Positions 12,842 to 25,761 are shown, numbered from the stretch's first letter. The stretch: DNA of 45,644 nucleotides from Octopus bimaculoides (GCF_001194135.2 NC_068987.1:45444755-45490398), one strand, 5' to 3'. Numbers and translations are program-made. Notes: generated by a model not told the origin, from the sequence alone.

Positions 12842-14909
12842 GTAAGTTTCTCCATTTGGCATCTGTATATGACACAGGCTTTCCTCTAGTTAACATCTAC
12901 AGGGTGCAGTAGAAAAACCTCCCTCTCTTGTTTCTCTGCATTTTAGCTTGTGAAATTAGCTTCTTGTAGCTTATGTTTTACTAATTTTTCAGTTACCATC
13001 ATCTTTAGACTGGTGCACACCATGCATTTTACTGTTCAAACATTTGTCAACATATAAAATGTTAACTGAAGCAATGCAGAATAAAATGCCAAACATACAC
13101 AACTGAATGCTTACAGTAAGATTTGAATCTGTGATCAGTAAGTTGGTAGGTTCAACACCACATTCACTTTTCATTTTGTATCTCCTATGTTTAGTTGTAG
13201 TCAAATTATCTAGTGAGCTATGGACTCTCCCAGACTAAATCAGTCACCTGGCATTGCATGAATGATTGTGGAACACTGCCATTTAATGTTTAAGGAAATC
13301 TTTGATAGGTGGGGTGGGATATGTACTTAGAACTTCCTTATTGTGTGTGTTATTGACTCAAATGATCTGGGTCTGTAATCAAGACAGTAAAAGGTGTTTA
13401 GAAATAGATTTGGCTGTTGTAATAAGTCATGTGACTTAGGAAGTTACTGTGTTTACATTCTGCAGTGGGTCTTCACTTGCTTTTGAAGCTGATATCATAA
13501 TTTGTTTAAAAAATAGCTACCAATGTACAAAACCCAATCCCACCCAATTTTCAATCTATTTTACCATGTTTATATTGATTGGTGGATAATGTTTGAAAAT
13601 TTAGGCATTGAATACTGTTCAAAACATTTGTTTCTACATATCCCTGGGACAATTAAACTTATATAAACTCTGTTGCATGTGGCTCATGTCAGATAACTGA
13701 ATCAAGTAATAACATATATCTTGCTTGCATGACACAATGTATGTCTGTATGAATGGATGTGTAATTTTTCAGTATTTTTCCAGTCTTTAGATTTTTTTTT
13801 AACAAAGGCTAACTAGTCAACTTGAACAAACCAAAACTGTCATGTTTTTTTCTCTTTTTTTTCTTTCTCTCTTTCACTGTTTGTCATGGTCTTGTTCTGA
13901 CTTTGTTCTGTCCTTGATAGAGCAAGTTTCAAATAACATTTGTTTTTTCAATACAACATGGATATTGTTACTGCTTTAGTAGAAATTCATTGTAAAATTT
14001 TACTCTGGCAATTTCTCAGTTTTATCATTATGTGACCTTTTAAAGACTGAATATATTCATTGCCAGTCCTTCCTCTACAGCAGGCTATAAATGAACAAGC
14101 TTAGCATTGCTGAAATGACATTGTCATGACATTTAAGATGCTATAACAGCACGTCAGATAGTGCAGCATAATTCTCAACATGACAGGAGTATGGCAGGAC
14201 AAAAAGCTAGGATTGTGCAGATTGAATCTAGTTGTCCAACTTATTGCCCACAAACCATAAGCTTGTTTGAATCAAGACTGACCTCAGAATATACAACATT
14301 GACCTTTTTTGGCACTTTCTTGTCTTTCAATTTCTTCTCCCTTTGCCAATTTGTTACCTTGAAACTCTTAGTCTGTGAGTATTTGATAGCAACGTACCAT
14401 ATCTTTCAAAAATGATTTAAGATATCATAAACATAATTTAATGGGTGTGAAGTTATGGTGCAAGACGACTGACCTTGTCATCATATATTAGATTGATGAT
14501 GATGATGATGAGCAACTTGGGTGGTGTTGGTAGTTATGTAATATTTTATACCAGACATTGTATGTATGTGTGTTCCTGTGTGTGTATATGTGTGTGTATA
14601 ATGACATAGTTATCAGTTGTATCATGGCAATGAGTAATATAGTTTCTGTAGAGTCTGAACACTACTGCTTTGTTCTTCTTGAGTTCCTCAGAGGAAGTTT
14701 GGAAATGATTTACCACATGATAAAAATGACAAGTTAAAATAAAGAAGTAAACATTTTTGCAACAAAATACTATGTGTGTATACATTCATAAGTACATACA
14801 ACTATATAAGTGCATGTTGGCTGTATGGACAGTGTTTGTACATATGTGTTGGGAAGAGGTAAAAGTTTGGATAGGTAAAAGTTCAACAGTTTGAGATATA
14901 TATATTGTG

Positions 14910-15240
14910 AAGGTGCATGTCTCAGTGGTTAAAGCGTTGGGCTGACAGTCATGAAGTAGTGAGTTCAATTTCCAGACTGGGCTATGTGTTGTATTCTTGA
15001 GCAAGACACTTTATTTCACATTGCCCAGTTCACTCAGCTGTAGAAATTAGTTGCGATGTCACTGGTGCCAAGCTGCCTTTCCTTTGGATAATATCAGTGG
15101 CATGGAGAAGGGAGACTGATATGCATGGGTGACTTCTGGTCTTCCATAAACAACCTTGCCTGGACTTGTATGTTGAAGCGAAACTTTCTAGGTGCAATCC
15201 CATGGTCATTCATGACTGAATGGGGTCTTTACCATTTACT
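14910..15240 (+). mobile_element. tRNA-derived SINE, family C (TTCTTGAGCAAGACACTT core)
   Basis: A-box-like CAGTGGTTAAAG, B-box-like GAGTTCAATTTCC and a CORE-like central segment; partial copy at about 12010-12200. Confidence 0.65.
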
Positions 15241-15629
15241 CTTTATATATATATATATATATACATACATACCTAATTAGGAATAGTTAACCTAGTTGAG
15301 ATGCAGTTTGGTTTTGTACCAGGGAAAAGCACTACTGGTACTTGGTTTTTGCTGACATGGAGAATAGGGTACCCTGCTCCCTTATCTGGTGGCCAATGCA
15401 GAAGCTGGGGATAGATTAGTGGTTGATGAGAGCTGTGTAAGCCTTGTACATGGATGCTATCAGTAAGGTGAAAGCTGGCAATGAGTATAACAATGAATTT
15501 AGGGTATAGGTAGGAGTTCACCAACAATCAGTTCTTAGCCCCTTCTTGTTTATCAGCCTGCCAGGCAATAACAGAGAGATTTAAGACAGGCTGCTCTTGG
15601 GAGCTCCTCCCTCTACACTGATGACCTTG

Positions 15630-16982
15630 TTACTTCTGCCAAGGAAAGAGGTTATGTTTTCATCGGTGTTGGTTTGTCCGTCTGTCTGTCTGTATGCAAA
15701 ATAACTCAAAAAGTTGTGAATAGTATTTCACAAAACTTGCAGAAAACGTTGGTAATAACACAAGAAACAGATGATGAAATTTTGGTAGTGATCTGGGAAT
15801 TTTTATGGATTCTTGAAGGATTTTTCATTTGTTATATTTACTTTACATGAAGTATTACAATGTTACGTTCTTTGATTATCTCCCTTGAAAACACGTTCAT
15901 CATTTCCATGTAACCTATGGTGGCGTTGCTGTTTCCAAAGTTTATTTTCGTTTCTTTATTAGTAATTTTACTCACGTATCTATCTTAAAATGAACTGCTT
16001 GGTGGAGGTCTGCGGTAGATGATGTGACAAACCTTGACTATTGGGATCGACTCTAAAAACTCAGGCTTTGCTCTCTCCACTACCACTGTGAGCTCTGTGC
16101 CTTCTGTATGATGTGGAAAATATTCCATCAACATTGCCCATCTTTAAAATTCGTCCGAGGCTTGGCCCCCGTGCCATCCATCCACTACAGAAATGTTCGT
16201 GTCGTATCACAACACTATGACAGAACTATTTCACCTCAATTGGTCCTGCTCTCTTCAACGTTGTACCAGTCACACATAAAGGAGGAAAGTGACTTTATGG
16301 CATTCAAACAATCCATAGATGATTACCTCCAACAAATACCAGATAAACCACCCACACCCAGATATGTCTCTGAAAACAATAACCCTCTGCTTGAATGGGC
16401 TACGGTTCCCCAGAGCTGACTGTGTATCTCTTCCAGGTGGTGCTATTAAATTAGACATGGCCTGAGTCAACTTCGGCTGAAACTTATCTAAGTAATCTAA
16501 TCCATGCTGTAACCTTTTAATCAAAGCATGACAACATGGGTAGAGGCTGATATCTTAACATTTCTGATGGTCATAAGTATAAAAAATATAATTTAAGATT
16601 TATATAGAACTACATTCAGAGTATGTCTATAAGCTATTGTGTTTAGACCTGGTTTCTACCCTCAAACTGTTCCATTTTGTAGATGCATTTTTTTTATAAA
16701 GAACTCTGAAATTGGAAAAATCAAAAATCTGCAACAATTTCGGTCCCATGAGTATCGGATAATGGATTATTAACAATGTAAAGAAACTGATTGTGGTGAT
16801 TGTAGTTTTGACGGTGATTGTGGTGAAAACAGAGACAGTGTTGATGATGACGATGGTCGAGATAAGTATGGGAGGAGGATAAAATAGTATTCGTGGTTAT
16901 AATGGCGACAGGAGCTGTGTGATGTGAGGTGGAAATGAGCTGCTTGGTGGAAGTCTGCACTCTCTGAGTGCTTTTCTAGTTC
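15630..16982 (+). mobile_element. Helentron-associated non-autonomous element (HINE/DINE-1-like)
   Basis: 5' end TACTTCTGCCAAGG with a subterminal inverted copy CTTGGTGGAGG, internal (GTCT)n, 3' hairpin GCACTC-TCT-GAGTGC then TTTTCTAGTT; inserted at a TT in the RTE relic. Confidence 0.7.
16014..16510 (+). mobile_element. CR1/L2-group LINE 3' fragment
   Basis: DYWDRL*KLRLCSLHYHCE...FTSIGPALFNVVP...FKQSIDDYLQQIPDKPPTPRYVSENNNPLLEW, a typical C-terminus for this group. Confidence 0.7.
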
Positions 16983-19543
16983 TTAATTGAATCACTACCA
17001 GAGTTAGAGAAGAAATTTCAGGTGTGGAAGCAAGGTCTAGAATCAAAAGGTCTTAGAATTTATTTAGCTTGGACCAAAGTCCTAGTAAGTAGGAAAACAA
17101 ACATATTAATCCCTTCAGGGAGATGGACCTGTTCTATATATAGAAAGGGTGTCGGTAGAAATTTTTGATGGTGTACCCAGTGAAGCTATGGATACATAAT
17201 CAGTGCAATGTTATAACAGGAAGGTTGACAGAAAATACTCTGTGTGTGACAGGGGTGCAAGTACAATAAATACTAAGAATGTACATAAAATACCCTTCCT
17301 CAGATGTCCAGGAGGATCCTTAGAAGTAGGAGATAGCTTTAGTACCTAGTCAACGAAGTTAGCAATGGAGGAGGATGCTCTGAAAGTGTAGTTGCTAGAA
17401 TAAGAAAGGACAAAGTTCAGAGTTTCCACTTTTGTTGGTAACAAAGGGTCTCTGTCTCAGAGTGAAACAAAAATTATATGATACCTGTGTATGAACAGCT
17501 ATGCTACATGGCTGTGACTACAGAGGACATGCAAAAGCTTGAAAGAAATGAGTACAAATTGTCTTCTGCCAGAGTTGGGAGTTGAACAATATGTGTGAAT
17601 GAAATTTGTTAAATGGAAATTGTGCAGAAGCTTGTATCTATGTATACCATCATCAGCCCCTCCTGTTTGTTTTCACTGTCCTGTTTGTGTTACCTATTTT
17701 GACTCTCTGCAAAATCCCAAATTTTATTTAATTTGCTTTGCGGGAGCAACTGTTGTATCAAAAACATATATTGTTGTTAAATGCTTGAAATATGAGACTA
17801 GAAAAACAGCCAACAATTAATGAAAGGTCGTTCTTTATGTTGTTTGTTTTGTTTTCCATTTGTGTCTTTCATTATTCGAAAGAATAGTTCATGTTCCATG
17901 TACTCGTGCTTCGTACTTTTTTGTTGTACATATTTCATGATGTCCTGTGCTCACATATGCATATATATATACATACATACATATATATATTTATAGGCAT
18001 GACTGTATTGTTAAGAGGCTTCTTTCCCAACCATGTGATCTTGAGTTGAGTCTCTTTACTCTCCACATTGGGCAAGTGTTTTCTATAGCTACGGGCCGAG
18101 CAATGCCTTGCGAGTGGATTTGGTAGGCAGAAACCAAAAGAAGACCGCCATGTGGGTGTGGGTGTGGGTGCGTGTGCGTGCGTGTGCGTGCGTGTGTGTG
18201 TGTGTGTGTAAATGTTATAGACATCAACAAGAAAACTGATAAATTGTATGAAACAGACTCTCTCTTATTACCCTTGTAATTAGTAATGTAATGGAATCAA
18301 GTGATTGGCCTGTTAAAAATTCACAACTAAATTTACTATTGTTGTTTTGCTATTGGTCACACAATAAGATGTGAAATAGATAAACATATAGAAAATGACT
18401 GATAACCTAGATACTTGGAAAAGATTGAACTAGTGTCACTTAATTATCAGCAGTTTGATCTAGTTTAGTAACCTAGTGAACTTGACATTTGTCTAATATT
18501 TAGTTAAATATTGCTCCAGAACTAATAGGATGCCTCTAAATGGTTATTCAATCTGCTAGAAATAGCAGTTAAATTTCTCTCAACTTACACCCTGCTCCTC
18601 TTCATCCTCATTTAACAACCATGTTCTAAGCTGGTATGGGTCGAACAGTTTGATAGCATCTAACAGGTCCAAGGACTGCATTGTCTACAATAGCATGGTT
18701 TCTATGGCTGGATGTCCTTCCTAATGCTTTACAGTGTGTAATGGGTGCTTTTTTTCATGCCATCATGCGTAAGGTCATCATGCAGCTCTCAGAACTATGA
18801 ACCCAAAGAGGGACAGTTTTATGCTAGGACATGAAGTGTTAAAGTATAAGAAGGGGCTAAACAAATTTCTAAACAACAGCAACAACAACCACCAATATTT
18901 AATCTATTACTACCACTTATGTTGCTGCAACATTATCAAATCCACAAACTAAACCACTAACAAGCACTAATACCATCCTTCCTTAATTCTACTGCAGAGA
19001 TGAAATTAAGCTGAGTAGATAATATATTGAACCACCTGGCCATGAGTTTAAATGTTGCTTCTGTCATTTTGTTGTGTTTGTTACAATTTAGCTGCAGTTC
19101 AATCCTGCTTGGATAGACCTATGGAATTTAGCTGCTATTTTTAGCAAATTGAACACCAGATAGAGGTTCCTTCATTAGTTCAGTTTCCTGCTGCTGATGG
19201 TGGTGGTAGTGATGGTGGCTGTTGTTTATCTCATGTCAGTCCAGATCAAAACGTAACTATAGTCAAAAGTTAACTCCACAACAACAATGCTGTATGCACT
19301 CTAAATGAACATTTACAAGTCCAATGTAATCCGTTTTATACTTACAACACTAGCATTTTGTTTATTTTATCACTTATCTTTGTTATCTGTTCTCATCTTC
19401 TGTATTTAACTGTTGATCTCTGTTTAAAATCTCTCCTTATTTACGTCACTTTTGCATATGTTGTTCTATTTAAGCTTCATCACTGTCTCCACCACCTTCT
19501 ACCTGTCTAACCTCTTTCTTTCTTCCTTTTTCCTTCTTTGCAG

Positions 19544-19684
19544 AGCCATTCGTTCTTTGTGCAGAAAAAAGTTGTGAAGGAATGGACGGTATACCACTGT
19601 CGGAATTGTGACATCACTACCCATGCTGTCTCTGATCAGCAGACTGGGGACAACCGCAAGTTTTTCATTGGTAAAAATATGGAG
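19544..19684 (+). CDS. AKT1S1: PRAS40 coding exon 3 (SHSFFVQKKVVKEWTVYHCRNCDITTHAVSDQQTGDNRKFFIGKNME)
   Basis: Long polypyrimidine tract then cag|; donor GAG|gtcagt; 47 codons. Confidence 0.88.
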
Positions 19685-21238
19685 GTCAGTCTTTACGCTA
19701 TTATGCATTTTAGCAGTGTAGAAGATATAGAGTAAGGGTCTGTGGTTGGAGTTTGGGTTATGTTGTTATCATGGTCCATCATAACATCCATGTAATGAAT
19801 GCTGCTGCACCTCCTCCTCCTCCTCCTCCTGCTACTACTACTACCACTACTACTTACCACTGCCTATTCAAGCTGTGAACCTTGTAATTGATGAGTGAAA
19901 GCAGAAGACATGCTGTATGCTTACAAATGGCACTTTCCAAGAGCACTTTTCAATATGGCAGAAATGGTAGGTCCTGAATGATGCCTACTTTTCTGTACTG
20001 GAAAATGTAAAATAAGGTGTAACCTATTTTATTGAATTGGTTGTTAGCCAATTATTGGAGATGATTGATGCATCTTACAATGTCTTCATATTCTGGTATT
20101 AAAAAACATAAACACTGTTTTTACTATTTTTGAAGGATTTAATTGCCTGAAGAAGACTTAAGACATAATTGCAAGGAATTTTATACAAGTGAATCCAAAG
20201 ACTCAATCTTTGGTGATGCAGCAGTACTAATGATATTAATAATTGTTTCTAATTTAGGTACAAAGCCTAAGAATTGTGGGAAAGAGCTAGTCAGTTAAAC
20301 CTTTGATACCAACCTGCCTGAGACTACTCTTGGTTCTATGGTACAAACTTACTTATTTAAAGTGGTTTAAATTAAAACCTTCCATATAGCATGTTCATCA
20401 GATGTTTATGTTCCAAACACCAGCTTAATAATGACAATGTTATTTTATGAAATGTTCCATACTTTCAAAATTAATTGAAAGAAAGGCAGTGTATTCCTAC
20501 AGAAATAAATTAATAAAAGGATTAAATCAGACCCCAGAATTTGATGGTACTTTACTCTGTCAATCTTTGAAAGGCAAAAATTGATGTTGGTAAAATTGAA
20601 CTTTGAATGCAAAGAGCTAGAGCAAATGTCTCAAGACATTTTGTGGATGCTTTAATGGTTCTGCCAATCTTGATTTCTTTTATTGTTTTTCTCTTCTTTT
20701 TCTGTAAATACCGATAATAATTTCATAAAGCCCAGATATTTGGAAGGAGAGTCTTTTAAAATCAGCCCTTATACTTGAGTTGTGCATATTTTATTAAACT
20801 CTGAAGAATGGAAAGCAGAGTTGACCGGATTTAAATTCATAAATTAAAGCAAAATAGCCAATAACAGGGCATTTTGTCCATCATTTTGCTATTTACCAAT
20901 AATAATAATAATAATAATAATAATGATAATATTAATATCAATATTAATATTTTACATCAGCACAAGGCAGGTAGATATACATTTAGCAGGTAGGTTACAT
21001 TCTGTTAGGAGGATTAAAAGAACAGTTGAACATGATAGAATTTGAACTCAGAATATAAAACACTGTAACTAAATGCTTCTCTACTAATTACGCAAACTCT
21101 GTGGATCTTAATCCTCTAAAGGAAAGTTCTGAAATCCTTTACAAAAAAAAAGTTCTGGGTCAGTCTTGATTATATTTACCTCTCTCTGTATCTGCCTGTC
21201 TCTCTCCATCATCACTTAATGTCTCTTCTTTATTCCAG

Positions 21239-21341
21239 CGTGATCCTACAGCTTTGGAATGTTTAAGGCGGTCAACTACTTTCTCTCCAGCTTTCCAGAT
21301 AATACTCAATACAACAGTTCCCTTTTCTGGCAGCATGCCTG
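21239..21341 (+). CDS. AKT1S1: PRAS40 coding exon 4 (RDPTALECLRRSTTFSPAFQIILNTTVPFSGSMP)
   Basis: Acceptor ttattccag|; donor CTG|gtaggt; phase 0 to 1. Confidence 0.85.
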
Positions 21342-23912
21342 GTAGGTAGACATGGTTTTCTTCACTTTTTGGTCTTAATAAAAAAATAAATAAAAACATC
21401 ACATTGAACTTGACACAGTTCAGCATATTAATGGTGAGAGTATGGATGACCAAGAGATTAGGGGTTTGTATCTTGAGGAGATGCATTTTTCGTCTTCTTA
21501 ATACTTTAGAATCGGGAGATGAACATGGGCCCTGTGAACTTCAAGGGTCTGTTAAACAAAATTGTAATTATATTCTGTAGAAATATAACGTGTATGAAAG
21601 TACAATGTATATAAATACGCACAACTACCCACTTCCTCTGCCCAATTTTTCAAGACATCCCCATCACCCACTGTCTCTCTCTGTTCTACTGCTGTAATTA
21701 AATGTTAACAAAACTGTATATTTCAGTTTTTCCCATATACTACTTACTCCTCTTACGATTCAATCATTCTTAATGCTAGTGTTTGTGCCATGAAAAAGTA
21801 CGCAGTACATGCTGAAGAGTGGCTTGGCATTGGGAAGGGAATCCAACTATAGAAACCATGGCAAAGCAGACATTGGAGCTTGATGCAGTCTGCAACTCTG
21901 TTACAATCCTATCAAACCATTCAACCCATGCCATCATAGAATGATGATGATAAGTTGAAGGTACTGGACTATAGATCACATGATCATAAGTTCAAAAGTA
22001 ACTACACACACTGTGTCCTTGAACCAGATATTTAAGATATTGCTCCATTTGGTTTAACAGCTTCTACTCCTACTTCAGAGTTGTGGTTAGTGGTAGGAAA
22101 AGCATCCTGTGGCAAACGTTATGGCCTCAACAAGAAGTGTAGAAAAATGGATATTAACTAGTATTATTATTTACTTTAACAAACCTAGAAAGATAAAAGG
22201 CCAAAATGACCCAAGAAAGATTTGAACTCAGTATGATGCAGTACCAAACAAGTTATATTGTAAAACATCCAACAACATTTTAAGATCTCATCTGACTTCA
22301 GTTCCCGCCTTAAATCGTACATACAGAAAAATATATTTTATTGTTGGATTTGATTCCAGAAAAGGAAAAAAAAAATATCTAGAAGATCCTGGTGTTTGGA
22401 ATGATGAATTGTAACAACAAGCCAGATGTTGTGTATTACTTGAGGGAAAGTTATGTGTTATATATTTGGTGTCATATCTTAGTTTGTTTAATTCATTTTC
22501 ATAAATACAGACACCTCCTAATTCTAAAATAGATGTTAAGGATGACAATGTTGATGGTGATGAACCCCAAATCTTTCTGAATGTGACATGCAAATTTCTT
22601 GAATAAAAACGTCATTATTATAATTTATTGTTTCATGCTGGTATGGCTTGGACAGTTTAACCGGATTTGATGAGTTTCAAGACTACATTGTACTCCCTAT
22701 GTGTGGGCTACTTGCCCTTCCTAACACTAACTACTTTACAGTATGTACTGGATGCTTTTTTTCATAGCACCAGCATTAATGAGGTCACCATGTAACCTGC
22801 AAAAATATGATCCTCTTTGACTGAGTGGTGTTTCAGTAGAGAGAGGAGCAGCTTTATGCACAGAAGTGAGGGAGGCGGAGTGGGGGGTAAATTGTGAGAA
22901 AAGGGACCAGAACAGAACAGGTTTCTTGCAGTCAAGAAACTACAAGGTTACTCACATTATTGAGGAGAGGGTGGGAGTAATTAGAGTGGAGCTAGAAAGG
23001 AAGATAAAAATAGTGGTGATAAGTTGTCAGAGTGGACTCTCAAGTTACTAGCTGAGTTGAAGTGAATGGGGACAGGAGAACAGGAAGTGTGGGTGGTTAG
23101 AGGTTGCAAGAATGCATAGGAAAGTGTGGGATAGGGAGTGGATGAGGGGATGAAACAAAATTAGGTAAAAAGTCTAAATAGTAATGGTGGTGTGATGAGA
23201 AATACTCACCAAATACTGCCCTCCCCAATACATAAATATACTAGAAATATAAATATCCCTTTACAATATCTTGTAAGAATTCATGTTTGTGTATAACTCT
23301 AATTCTCACATAATGAGTGGTATGCCTAAATATAAATACTCCTAGCAATTTTAAAAAATAGGTGGAAATTGAAATAAAGGGTTGGCTAAATGCCTTGTGA
23401 TATTTGTCCCATTTCTCTGCTCTCTGAGTTCAAATCCTTCTGAGATCAACTATGCCTTTTATCCTTTCAAGGTCAATAAGAAAAACATGTACCAGCCCAG
23501 GGTTGTGGATGGGTGGAATTGTTACAGTGTTGGATGAGATGTGTATTGATATATGTTTTGGCTCCGTTTTCAGAGTTCAAATTCCACTTGTGTGTTGATG
23601 TTTAGGCTAATCATCTCACCACAGGAACACTCTGTCCCAATATGCAGTTGACTAGTGAGGACAGGTATGTCTGCAAGCACACCAGTCCCCCACTGGGCCA
23701 GTTGCATAGATAAGCTTGCAACAACTGAATGGGAAGGGAAATAGTTATATGTTCCCATCACACTACTAGCTCCTTAACTTCATTTGTTAAAATATGCCTG
23801 TCATTCCCATCAATCATCATTGTCTTCATCATCATCAGTCATCAGTCTTGCTCTGTCCTGTTGAAAACCACATACTAACCTATTGTTTCTCTTCCAACTT
23901 TCTTCTCTGCAG

Positions 23913-24015
23913 CTCCTCAGTATTTTGAATCTCTCCAGAACCATCTGGCTGCCCTACAGACTCAAATGGATAATTATTTGATTGAAGAAGAAAGTGAAAT
24001 GGAAGAACGGATCAG
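23913..24015 (+). CDS. AKT1S1: PRAS40 coding exon 5 (APQYFESLQNHLAALQTQMDNYLIEEESEMEERIR)
   Basis: Acceptor ttctctgcag|; donor CAG|gtgagt; phase 1 to 2. Confidence 0.88.
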
Positions 24016-24294
24016 GTGAGTAGCTTCCTTCATTTGCAAGATCATTGCTATGTCCTGTGATAAGGAGACACTAACACATATGCACGCGCGCGTGCACACA
24101 CACACACACACACACACATCTTTGGCCACTTTAAACTATTCTAAATTTCTACTAATTGCCAGCTTATAAGTGGATGTTTCGTATTGTTTTTTTACAGATG
24201 AAACATTGACCCTGTTTTAGTCATTTCCATACCTAATTGTTATATTTTGTAGTAGGGGTTCTGAATGAGAGGGGAAGATGTAAGATGACCACCA

Positions 24295-24960
24295 CAAATG
24301 GCCGTGCAAAAGTTTTCAACCATCTCACATGAACCAATCAAGATACAGTGTTTTAAAACAGAAAAATGTCTATAAGGAAAATTTATTACATAATATGTTC
24401 ATTTCAAGAAGTAACTGTACATTGGTAATATTTCATGTGGCTTCCCTTAGCTTGAATAATTGCTTCAATGTGCCTGTGAAGAGATCTGTACAAATATTTA
24501 TCCTTTTCATAGGTATGAGATGCCATTCTCTGTGGCTGAGCTCCCAGAACTCTTCAAGATGGCATGGATTCTTCTGACGGACTATTCTCTTTAGTTCTGT
24601 CCACATTTACTTGATGATATAGATGTTTTTGATCTAGTCTGGATTCTTTGCCAACAAATTTGATTGCAAATAATTCAAATTTGATGGCAAAGTATCCAAA
24701 CTAGATTGAAAATATCTATATTTAAGTCAGGGCTCTGAGCTGGCCAATCTTTCAATACGGTAACACCTTCATCAGCCAGACTATGTTGTGTTTCATGCGA
24801 TCTGTGACATGGAGCTCCGTCATGCTGAAAAATCTCACTTTCATCCAAGTCTGGTATTAAATTGTCCTTCAGCAACAGGATGTATTTGGCACTATTCAAC
24901 ATGAATAGTTTTTATCACATGAATGGTTGTTTATCAACTGTTTCTGCTAACTGTCGCTAT
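24295..24960 (-). mobile_element. Tc1/mariner (Tc1-type) transposase relic
   Basis: Minus-strand ORF 24675-24902 contains FQHDGAPCH...DWPAQSPDLN; TIR-like GGCCGTGCAAAAGTTTT at about 24299. Confidence 0.85.
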
Positions 24961-25196
24961 TGTGTGCTTATTAATCGTTTTTAGTAATTGTGATCATAGT
25001 ATGGGTGTTAAATGATTTTGAGTGTAGTATTAACTGTACTAAGGGACTTCAACTATAGTGTGGTTATTAATTTGTTCCTGGTGACAGTGACCATAATATA
25101 ATTATTACGTGTACCCTGTAACTATAATCATAGTGTGAAATTTATGTTGCTGCATGGATGTACATTACTATAAATAGGAAGTCATATTAGTTTGAG

Positions 25197-25302
25197 GTCA
25201 AGAGTTAAAAGGTCACCAATATGGAGTCGAGAGTTGAAAGGTCACCAATATGGAGTCAAGAGTTGAAAGGTCACCAGTGTAGGGTCAACAGTTGAAAAGT
25301 CA
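25197..25302. repeat. 29-bp minisatellite, ~3.7 units
   Basis: Unit GTCAAGAGTTGAAAGGTCACCAATATGGA starts at 25197, 25226, 25255 and 25284; a detached partial copy lies at 25394-25412. Confidence 0.9.
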
Positions 25303-25437
25303 TTGCTTAGCTTGTACTCTGTCCATGTTAGGTATAAACATTTGAAAATCACTTGTGTAAATTGTAAAATGGTGTTGTTGAGGTCTTTGCTATGTCAGTA
25401 GTTGAAAGGTCATAGTATATAAATTCTCTCATTACAG

Positions 25438-25515
25438 GAGGTATGAATTACAACAGAAAGCATCATTTGATAAAGTTCAAGAACGAGCTAAAGATGACAA
25501 GAAGAAGTTAATTAC
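25438..25515 (+). CDS. AKT1S1: PRAS40 coding exon 6 (RYELQQKASFDKVQERAKDDKKKLIT)
   Basis: Acceptor cattacag|; donor TAC|gtaagt; phase 2 to 2. Confidence 0.88.
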
Positions 25516-25693
25516 GTAAGTTGCCACCTCCCTTGATAATATAGTTGTGGTGTCATGTTGGTGTGTGTTGCTTTGTAATGGAGTGCTGTTCTGATGAGAC
25601 TGTGGTCATTTGCTCTTATTCTTGATGTTGTCAGTTCTGTCATTCTTGCTGCTGCTGTCATCATTGTTGATGTTTGTTGCTGTCTACCTTCAG

Positions 25694-25761
25694 GATGTTG
25701 CTATCCATGATGGATGTGATCAATGCAGAAGAAGAGGCAGAAATTGATAAAACTGAAAATA
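25694..25761 (+). CDS. AKT1S1: PRAS40 coding exon 7 (MLLSMMDVINAEEEAEIDKTEN)
   Basis: Acceptor ccttcag|; donor ATA|gtaagt; phase 2 to 1; follows a 178-nt intron. Confidence 0.82.

Larger units (their letters stand above)
15283..17555 (+). mobile_element. RTE LINE RT relic split by a nested insertion (RTE parts 15283-15630 and 16983-17555)
   Basis: EMQFGFVPGKSTT...VGVHQQSVLSP...WELL..YTDDLV continues across the insertion as L..ESLPELEKKFQVWKQGLESKGLR. Confidence 0.8.

Noticed and set aside
19685-19737. Alternative donor GA|GTAAGG at 19732 extending exon 3
   Set aside because: The 47-nt extension shifts the frame, and the proximal donor already gives the in-frame join.
25197-25302. CRISPR-like array
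   Set aside because: Head-to-tail 29-bp units with no unique spacers, in eukaryotic intron context.
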